From a virus (Duplodnaviria; Caudoviricetes), in the IMG/VR virus record IMGVR_UViG_3300013383_000001, positions 32,001 to 96,000 of that record: a stretch of DNA of 64,000 bases; one strand, 5' to 3'. Positions 10,451-18,700 of this stretch are shown piece after piece. The position numbers were made by a program, and so were the translations under genes. Each line of letters starts with the position of its first letter. The first letter of the stretch is position 1. The notes beneath the pieces are model-generated. The model was not told where the DNA came from. It searched no databases and worked only from the letters and a program-made list of their open reading frames with translations.

Positions 10451-12223
10451 ATGAGTGAAACTAAAGTATTTGCATTTCCTGAATCAAATAATACAGGAAT
10501 GGACGCCGCTCTTTTAGCCAATCTCAATCGTAACAATGATCCTATGGCTGCAATGGCTATGATGAATGGTGGAATGAACGGAATGTGGAATAATCCGTAA
10601 ACAATGCTAAGTCTCGAACATTTAATTAAATTCAGTGAAATTTGGAACATTCCGGAATAATTCATATATTTGAATATAATATTAATCTAAAATTCAAATT
10701 TTATGGAAAATTGGAAAATTATTGAAGGAACAAACAATCACTATGAAGTTAGTAATTTAGGAAACATAAGATGTGATGGTCAATTGGTTAAGACAGAAAT
10801 TGAAACATCTGGATATGTAAAAGTTAGAATAAAATTGATTTTTGGGACAAGATGGTTTTCTCTTCATAGAGTGGTAGCTGCATATTTCTGCGAGAATCCA
10901 GAAAATAAAGAGCAAGTTAATCATATTGATGGAAATAAAGAAAACAACAAATCTGAAAATTTAGAATGGGTAACTAATACAGAAAACCAACGTCACAGAA
11001 TAGATGTTCTGAAGAAAAATTGTAAAGGAGAAAATAATCCTATGTATGGAATGTCTGGAGAAAAATCCCCAGTATTTAAAGGATATATTTATCAAATTAA
11101 TCCTAAAACTAACGAAGTAGTAAACAAATACGCAGGTAGCGGAGAGGCTGCCAGGGCAGTTAAAACTCAACCTTGTAGTATTTTAAAAGTTATCAATAAA
11201 CCAAATAGAACTTGTAAAGGATTTAAATGGACGAGATAATAAGCGGATTTAAAACCTCGTAAATTCACGGAAATTCCTAGTATTAGGACAATCTTGATCC
11301 AATCTTTATTAAAGATGGAGCAACGACTATTTAAATATTTAAATAAGGTTTAAGCAAATCTTAAATACGAGGGCTTTTCAATATAGAAAAGTATGATATA
11401 GTCTAATCTCTATAGTAATATAGAGAGAATATACAAACGCGGTATATTCATAATACAAAATGTTATTTACTTAGTGTGGATGATGTTTGCCCAGCGTATG
11501 TGGGGTAATAATTGGGGAAATGGTCAAGGAGCTCAGAATATTGAGATCTAGGATCAATTATCTGCAATCCGTGAACAAATGGGTACTAATCAGAATACTA
11601 GTCTTTTAATGGATGCGATTAAGGGTAACGGCACTGCTGTCGGTCAGCTCGCTGGTCAGCTTAATTGTGATTTCAATACTCTTAATTCAGCTATATGTGA
11701 TGTTCGTGGTGGTATTGATAGACTGGCAGGTGAAGTTGGATTTAGTGCAGAACGTGTTATTAATGCAATTAACGCAGGTGATGCTACTATATCTAGACAA
11801 CTTGCTGAGTGCTGTTGTAATACTCGTGAAGCTATTACTCGTCAGGGTTATGAGAATCAGTTAGCAACAGTCAATCAGACTAATGCTTTACAGAGTGCAA
11901 TTAATTTTGTTAACTCTTCTGTGGAGCGTGGTTTCTCTGCTACTAATTATGAAACTCAACGTCAGACGTGCGATATTACTAAGGCTATAGGTGAATCCAC
12001 TGCCGCCATTTTAGCAGGTCAGAAAGCCGCTGAGATGCGTGAAATGCAACGTGAGATACAGAGCTTGAGAGATGAGCGTACTGCTTATCAGATGTCAGCA
12101 TTGACACAGTAGCAAACTCAGAATCTTGTTAATCAGTTACGTCCTTGTCCTGTACCTGCATATATAACTTGCAATCCATTTGGATGTCAAGGTGATTATG
12201 TAACTTATAATGGTGGTTGCTGA
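10451..12223 (+). CDS. Intron-split coiled-coil protein of unknown function; join(10451..10598,11463..12223), 302 aa
   Basis: Splicing restores GMWNNP-F-IYLVWMMF in frame with track ORF 11579..12112. Contains LAECCC, long heptad repeats, C-terminal LRPCPVPAYITCNP and two TAG=Gln codons. Confidence 0.85.
10641..10672 (+). promoter_or_regulatory. Intron-internal Bacteroidota-type promoter for the HNH ORF
   Basis: TTTG (10641-10644), 20 nt, TATATTTG (10665-10672), 30 nt upstream of ATG 10703. Confidence 0.65.
10703..11239 (+). CDS. NUMOD4-HNH homing endonuclease with C-terminal NUMOD3/NUMOD1-like DNA-binding motifs
   Basis: Motifs WKIIEG..YEVSNLGNIR; HRVVA..F..VNHIDGNKENN..NLEW; KGENNPMYG; EAAR...KGFKW. 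Confidence 0.92.
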   Translation: MENWKIIEGTNNHYEVSNLGNIRCDGQLVKTEIETSGYVKVRIKLIFGTRWFSLHRVVAAYFCENPENKEQVNHIDGNKENNKSENLEWVTNTENQRHRIDVLKKNCKGENNPMYGMSGEKSPVFKGYIYQINPKTNEVVNKYAGSGEAARAVKTQPCSILKVINKPNRTCKGFKWTR

Positions 12224-12609
12224 TGTACGGACAATGGAGTAATTAGATGCTTGCTAGACGTTTTCCAATAAAACGTTTAAATGGTATTCCAATTATTAAA
12301 ACAATTTCAGTTGCGACCAATGGCAGTGTTGTAACTTATCAACTATGTCCTTGGCGATATAGACAGCTTCCCAATGAGGGATTGTTGTTAGTTAGAATCG
12401 CGCAGACACCTTCCGCTGGTGCAGGGTCTGCTGCATTTACAGTATCTTTAGAAACACACGCTACTCCATAGACAGGTTCCACAGGAACTCCTGTAATAGA
12501 CGGAGTAGGTGAGAATATTACATCTAACAAAGTAGTTACTGGGAATGTACTTTTAATGTATTTCAACAAATGCGATGGTATTTTCCAAGTACTTAATTCA
12601 GTTGAATAA
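12223..12609 (+). CDS. Hypothetical beta-rich protein (128 aa)
   Basis: TGATG coupling with the upstream gene; two TAG=Gln; TAA 12607-12609. Confidence 0.7.
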
Positions 12610-12623
12610 AAAATTTATAACGT

Positions 12624-13154
12624 ATGTTTCAGTCACTTAGAGTAAATCAGCAATTTTACATATTAACTAAAGGTCCATAGCCAAGATTAGATATAGGTAC
12701 TGTAACTTCAGTATCTGCTCCATAGATGAAGTTTCCTTCTCTTCCTCAAGGTTTAGGTGCGCAACCTGAATATATTGTGGATGTAACAGTGCAAGTAAAT
12801 GGTGCTACTCAATAGTATTAGAAGTTACCTGCTAATAAGGAGATTGCAGACTTCGGAGATGGCTTTGGAAATATAATAGTGTCAACGAGCAGAGATGCAA
12901 TGAATAGTGAATTAGCAACTCTCAAAAATAAATCAGAAGAACATATCAGAAGAGTTGATGAAGAAAAATAGAAAATACTAATGTATGAATCTATTTTACA
13001 ACAATTAAATCCAGAATATGCAGAAAAGTAGAAATAGGAAGCAGAAATAGCTAATTTAAAAAGTCAAGTATCAGCAATGGCACAATCCAATGCTAATCTT
13101 GAGAAAATGATGTCTTAGTTATTAGCTGAGATTAAACAAACTAAGGACGATTGA
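12624..13154 (+). CDS. Hypothetical protein, N-terminal beta domain plus C-terminal coiled coil (176 aa)
   Basis: MFQSLRVNQQFYIL...LNPEYAEKQKQEAEIANLK. Missed by the ORF track because of many TAGs. Ends at TGA 13152-13154. Confidence 0.75.
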
Positions 13155-13175
13155 AATATTTAAAACATTACTCTT

Positions 13176-13358
13176 ATGAAAGGTTATATCGAAATTAAAG
13201 AAGATGCATACGATGATACTATCGAGCATCTCCATCGCTTAAAAACTATTGCTTGTAAAATGATCAAGAAATTAGAAGAACATTCTGATATTTATGATGA
13301 TGAATATAATGAAGAGATGAAGTCACGTAGTCGTAGTAGAAATAGATACGACTATTAA
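13176..13358 (+). CDS. Small charged hypothetical protein (60 aa)
   Basis: Track ORF with an AT-rich leader, an acidic middle and an Arg/Ser-rich tail. Confidence 0.65.
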   Translation: MKGYIEIKEDAYDDTIEHLHRLKTIACKMIKKLEEHSDIYDDEYNEEMKSRSRSRNRYDY

Positions 13359-13366
13359 TAGATCTA

Positions 13367-13404
13367 AAGGGAGATAGGAGATTTTTCTGTCTCCCTTAAT
13401 TTTT
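13367..13404 (+). terminator. Stem-loop, probable terminator or processing site
   Basis: AAGGGAGATAGGA / TTCTGTCTCCCTT inverted repeat followed by AATTTTT. Confidence 0.65.
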
Positions 13405-13417
13405 AACATATACGATT

Positions 13418-13804
13418 ATGTCTTATAAAGAAGACTTCACAATATATGATATTAAACCTGAATATTTTGAGAATTATTTAAGGTATTATGGATCTCATTT
13501 CAGTAAGAAGTTATGTGAGTTTGCTTGTAATAAACTATTTGGTAAAATGGAATATGATAAAGATAAATTGAGAATATTACTACAAGCAAATATGATTGAT
13601 TTCAGTGAAATGGAAATGGACGATGCTGTATATATTGCAAATTGGTGTAAATATGTATTCTTCGGATCTTCTGTACCTGAAGAAAAACATATTGCATTAT
13701 TTATAAAAGATATATACGCTAAAGAAGAAGATCTTATATTTAATAGATTTATTGCAGATTGTGCTAAAAAAGGTATTCCTATTCAATGGGAAGAAATGAT
13801 TTAA
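13418..13804 (+). CDS. Bacteroidota phage hypothetical protein (128 aa)
   Basis: YLRYYGSHFSKKLCEFA...DAVYIANW...FNRFIADC..KGIPIQWEEMI, a pattern I recall from Bacteroidota prophage proteins. Confidence 0.75.
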   Translation: MSYKEDFTIYDIKPEYFENYLRYYGSHFSKKLCEFACNKLFGKMEYDKDKLRILLQANMIDFSEMEMDDAVYIANWCKYVFFGSSVPEEKHIALFIKDIYAKEEDLIFNRFIADCAKKGIPIQWEEMI

Positions 13805-13806
13805 GT

Positions 13807-13864
13807 TTTGTTAATTCCAGAAAATTATCTAACTTTGCGGCATAGGTAGTTTTCTGGAATTTTC
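13807..13864 (+). promoter_or_regulatory. Bacteroidota-type promoter embedded in a 19-bp inverted repeat (possible dual terminator/promoter)
   Basis: TTTG 13807-13810, 19 nt, TAACTTTG 13830-13837. Arms 13813-13831 and 13843-13861 pair with two G.U wobbles and are followed by T residues. Confidence 0.7.
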
Positions 13865-13947
13865 TATATGAAGACTATCGTAGTATATATTCTATTAATT
13901 AGATACAGATGAATTAATGATAGTTTGTGTATAAAATATATGAATTA

Positions 13948-14544
13948 ATGGATAAGAATAATTTTTTAATTGCTCTAGATGGCGGTCATGGGATCACAAC
14001 GCCTGGAAAATCAAGCCCCGATCTTCGTTTGAAGGAATATAAGTGGGCGAGAGAAATGGTTGATCTTTTAATTCAGGAATTTACTAAGTTAGGAATTAAA
14101 ACTTATAAAGTTACTCCTGAAGAAACTGACATCTCTTTAAGAGAACGTTGTAGAAGAGTCAATCAGATGTATAAGAATAATAAAAATATGATTCTAATAT
14201 CTGTACATTGTAATGCTGCAGGTAATGATAAGAAGTGGCATACTGCTAATGGATGGAGTGTTTATATTTCACAGAATGCTTCATCTAATTCTAAACGTCT
14301 TGCTAAAGATCTTTACGAACAAGCTATAGTAGAAAAAGTGCAAGGAAATAGATCTGTGCCTAAAGAGAAGTATTGGGTACAATCATTAGCTATGTGTAGA
14401 GATACACACTGCCCTGCAGTTTTAACTGAGAATATGTTCCAAGATAATAAGGAAGATGTTGATTTCTTACTCTCGAAAGAAGGTAAAGAGAAACTTGCTA
14501 GATTGCATGTAAATGGAGTATTGAATTATATAAATGGAAAATAA
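13948..14544 (+). CDS. Endolysin, N-acetylmuramoyl-L-alanine amidase (Amidase_3)
   Basis: LDGGHG, LKEY, ISVHCNA and VLTENMF supply the Zn ligands and catalytic Glu. ATG 13948 is preferred to the GTG at 13927. Confidence 0.92.
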   Translation: MDKNNFLIALDGGHGITTPGKSSPDLRLKEYKWAREMVDLLIQEFTKLGIKTYKVTPEETDISLRERCRRVNQMYKNNKNMILISVHCNAAGNDKKWHTANGWSVYISQNASSNSKRLAKDLYEQAIVEKVQGNRSVPKEKYWVQSLAMCRDTHCPAVLTENMFQDNKEDVDFLLSKEGKEKLARLHVNGVLNYINGK

Positions 14545-14782
14545 AATAAAAGAATTAGAAGAACGTATTGCTGCATTAGAAAAACCTAATAAAAATAGAT
14601 TGTTTGGTAGATCTTACACACAGTTAGGAGATTCTAATACAGATATTATACTTCTTACTAAGGGACAGATTAAAGTTAAATATGGTAATAAGTTTTTCGA
14701 TCTTATTAAAGATGGAAAAGTAAATGCTGATTTATCAGATATAATTAAAAGATTAGAAAAACTAGAAAATAAAGATGATTAA
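14534..14782 (+). CDS. Small hypothetical protein (82 aa)
   Basis: Track ORF overlapping the amidase stop; LFGRSY...LLTKGQIKVKYGNKFFDLIKDGK. Confidence 0.7.
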   Translation: MENKIKELEERIAALEKPNKNRLFGRSYTQLGDSNTDIILLTKGQIKVKYGNKFFDLIKDGKVNADLSDIIKRLEKLENKDD

Positions 14783-14808
14783 TCATTTTAAATAAATGTA
14801 CAATAGGA

Positions 14809-15771
14809 ATGGATGAATTTAATGAATTTGAGGAAGATTTTTCACAAGACACAACTACAACTCAAAATAATGAAGATGATGCACCGCATAGTGCAGTAGA
14901 GTATGATGATTCTGATCTAATCTCAGAACTTTTAAGATCTAAAGGTATTCAAGATCCCAGTCGCATTAAATTTGAAAATGCATCAGGACAGATTGAAGAA
15001 CTTGACTGGAATAGCTTAGATCCTCGTGAACAGATAAATATTCTCAATCAAGGAACTTCTGAAGAAGAATCACTTGATACCGATGAAATCTTGTTGCTTA
15101 ATGCAATTAGAAATAGTGGTCTCACGCCTAGAGAATATATGAATTATGTTCAGCAAGATACTATCAATCGTTATAATGCTACTAATAGTCAGCCTAATTT
15201 TATGATTGATAATTATACAGATGATGAGCTGTTCATGGCAGATTTTAAAAGTAGATCGAATGACATCACAGATGAAGAAGCTGTAGAAGCACTTGAAAAG
15301 ATTAAATCTAATCCTACTTTATATCAGAAGCAGGTAGATGCTATCAGACAGAATTATAAACAACTCGAATATCGTCAGATGCAGGAGCAGCAAATGGAAC
15401 AAAATGCTCAAAGGCAGCAACAGTATCAGCAGTACGCTAATCGTGTTGTAGATAGCATTAATGGATTTACTGATTTTTCAGGATATAGCTTAAATATGAA
15501 TGATGAAGATAAACAAGAAATATACGACTTTATTACTGGGTACGACGCGGCTGGAAACAATTATTTTCAAAAAGCCCTGAATGATCCAGATCTTCTCGTT
15601 AAGATGGCGTGGTTTGCGCTTAAAGGAGAACAGATGGTAAGGGATATAGACGCTTATTATCGTAAAGAGCTTGCGTCTTCCCGGTATAATAATAGACAAG
15701 ATGTTATTTATAAACCTAAAAGCAGGGCTAAGTCATCATCCACAGCATATATTGATGATGATTTAGATTAA
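14809..15771 (+). CDS. Acidic helical protein upstream of the MCP, probable scaffolding protein
   Basis: 320 aa, acidic with a Gln-rich coiled coil, in the position of the conserved crassvirus pre-MCP gene. No TAG. Confidence 0.65.
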   Translation: MDEFNEFEEDFSQDTTTTQNNEDDAPHSAVEYDDSDLISELLRSKGIQDPSRIKFENASGQIEELDWNSLDPREQINILNQGTSEEESLDTDEILLLNAIRNSGLTPREYMNYVQQDTINRYNATNSQPNFMIDNYTDDELFMADFKSRSNDITDEEAVEALEKIKSNPTLYQKQVDAIRQNYKQLEYRQMQEQQMEQNAQRQQQYQQYANRVVDSINGFTDFSGYSLNMNDEDKQEIYDFITGYDAAGNNYFQKALNDPDLLVKMAWFALKGEQMVRDIDAYYRKELASSRYNNRQDVIYKPKSRAKSSSTAYIDDDLD

Positions 15772-15787
15772 TTAATTAAATAAGTAT

Positions 15788-18700
15788 ATGTTAGTTGCAA
15801 ATTTTACTACTAAGTTGCCCAACATGGGCCAGACTAAGACTTACGAAGAGTTCTCTACATATTTAAATACAAAGCCCCATCGTCTCGGCGTTGTAGCTCG
15901 TATGTATCCCGAGAACACTCTTAATTATATTCTTGATGGTCTTCGTAATGTATTTTATAACGATGCTAAGGGTTCTAATCGTTATCAGCCTATTGACAGT
16001 TTGTTCTTTGAGTGGTCACTTGAGACCAATCAGATTAAGAGAATTGCATTTGCAAACGCTCCTGAACAGACTGGTGAAGGTGGTACTGATATAACCATGG
16101 CATTTACTGAGAATTGGTATCAGAAGTATGACATCTTCCGCATTGATGAATCTGGTCAGATGTGTATTGTACTTTCTCGTCCCATTCGTAAGCGTGATGA
16201 AAACCCAATGATTGTCTCGCTTATTATCTGCAACTAACATTAAATAAATTCTTTAAAATGCTGGGAAATCGCTAGACAACCAGCAGCGAGATTACAAAAG
16301 ATAATAACGTTCAACGACTAAGGGAAACCTATAGATATAATTTGAAAAATGGAATTACAATGAAATATATAGTATTTTTGACTAAGAATAATAAATCTAC
16401 AATTAATAGTATTAATAGAATCCTTATAGGAGTACATAAAACAGAGAACCCTGATATATTTGATGGATACCTAGGAGAAGGAGTAAGAGTAAATAAAGCA
16501 TCTACATTTATGTATCCCAAAACATCATTCCAATATGCAGTAAAGAAATATGGAGTCAAATCATTTGAAAGAATCACCTTATACATATATGATACTTTAA
16601 AAGATGCATATAATAAATATCATGAAATTGTAGATGATACATTTATAAATGCTAGTTATACATATAACACTAAAATATATAAGAAATATGCAGGAATGTG
16701 TGATTATCGTCCTGTTTATCAATTCAATTTAAAAGGAGAGCTTGTTAAAGAATGGAATTGTATAGATGATGTTTGTGATTTCTATTGTTATCCTAAATGG
16801 AGATTTTACTATGCAAGAGCATCTCGTACACCACTTCTTAATTTCTATTGGTCTGGAACTAAAGTATTAAATATAGTGAATCCAGATGATAAAAGTCATC
16901 CAGTACACATGTATAATAAGGATGGTAAATTGGAATTTTCTTTTGGATCGTATGAAGATTTTGGTGAATTTATAAATGCGAACATTAAAGAAATGAATGA
17001 TATTATTTATAAACATAGATTTATAAATGGGTATTATCCATCTAACAAACTTCTTGAATCATTTGCCCCGAAAGCAAGAAGGAAATATTTAAAAGAGTAT
17101 ATGTATGTCTATAATAAAGAGGGAGAGTTTGTTGGTAAATTCTTTGGTAAAGAAGTTATGACACCTATAGGCACTCACTCTTGGAAGAAGATAGAATATT
17201 CTATAGAGCATAATGATGGGTGGTTTAATGATTTCTATATATCTTTAAATGAAGTTGATTCAGTGCCAGAGAAGAAAGAGAAAGTAACATACATTGAAGT
17301 ATTTGATAAGTTCGGTAACTTTATTGAGAAAATTGATACAATCAAAGAAGTCAAAGAAAAGTATGGTATTACATCTGGTAAAATAAACAGAATTAAACTT
17401 GGTCAAAAACATTGGGGTGACTATATATTTGTATACAATCGTAAATGATATAGTCTAAAGGATTATTGGGAGGTAACAGTTCGTCTTATTGATAATGATT
17501 ACTCATCTATCCTTGACGATTCTGCATGCCAGCCTGGCATGACTACTACTTGGGTATCTGTATCAATGCCTGAGTTGCATGAGGAAGGATACACAAAGAC
17601 ACTTTCTTCATTTGAAAAGCATCGTAATTGCATTCAGACATTCCGTAATGACATTTCTTGGTCTTCACTTTATCAGGCGCAAGAGCAAGCATTTATGTCT
17701 ATTGCTGATGATAAGGATGCTTCTAAGTCAGATGGTGTATATAAGATGGTTAAGAAGGAGAAGGAACTTCTTGATAACTTCAATTATTCAATGAACGCAG
17801 GTCTTCTTCTTAACGTGGGTAACGTTGACGCACAAGGTCGCGCTACTATTTCTGACCCTGATACAGGTCGTAAGTTGATGATTACTGAGGGCGTTATTCC
17901 TCAGGTTGAAGCATTTGCTTCTAAGTACGTATATAGCGGTAAGTTCAAGCGTCAGATCTTGAATCTTATCCTTTCTAATATGGCAGAGAAGTCTGAGAAG
18001 CTCACTGGGAATCATTATTCCATTCTTTGCACTCAGAAGCTCTGGAATGATATTCAGGAGACCCTTGGTGAATATCTTGCCAATTTCCGTACCGATGGTA
18101 CATATATGTATTCTAAGAACGCCAACAAGGGTGACGGTGGCTATATAAAGGTAGGTGCTACCTTTAATACTTATGAGATTGCCGGTAAGAAAATTGCCGC
18201 ATAATAGTAAAATGTTATTATGATAAAAATTTATTAAATTGCTGGAAAGTTACGACTAATCAGCAGCTTATTTTAAATATAAATAAGTTCATCGACTATT
18301 TTAACAAATAAAGAAATTTAAATAATAAACATCTTATGGAATTAAAATATATAGTATATATTACTATTAACCTATGTAATGGAAAGTTCTACATAGGCGT
18401 GCATAAAACCAATCCAGATGTATTTGACGGCTACATTGGATGTGGGATTTATAGACCTAATGACGCTTGTAAAAAGTTCCCTTTTCATACAGCAGTGAGA
18501 AAATACGGATATGAAAACTTCAAACGTACAACTATAAAAATATTTGAAGGGACAGAAGAGGGTAGAAAACAAGCACTTGAGTTAGAAAGAATATTAGTAA
18601 ATGAAACCTTATTAAAAAGTAAACAAGTATATAACTCAGCACTTGGTGGACAGTTGGGATGTGAAAATACTTTTAAGACGGTATATATGTTTAGTTTAGA

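Larger units (their letters stand above)
10599..11462 (+). mobile_element. Group I intron (864 nt) with an HNH endonuclease ORF in the P1 loop
   Basis: The 5' exon ends in U and the intron ends in G. The IGS GCGGATT (~11243) pairs with exon AATCCGT via U.G. P3 is CCTCGT/ACGAGG; P7 is CAACGACTA/GATATAGTC; P9 hairpins lie at 11408-11450. Confidence 0.88.

Noticed and set aside
14534-15771. Portal or terminase genes next to the capsid module
   Set aside because: No terminase ATPase/nuclease motifs or portal-sized ORF is present here; they are presumably outside the window.
16320-16345. Host-type promoter for the intron 1 ORF (TATAATTTG)
   Set aside because: The spacing does not fit TAnnTTTG and there is no upstream TTTG at the right distance.
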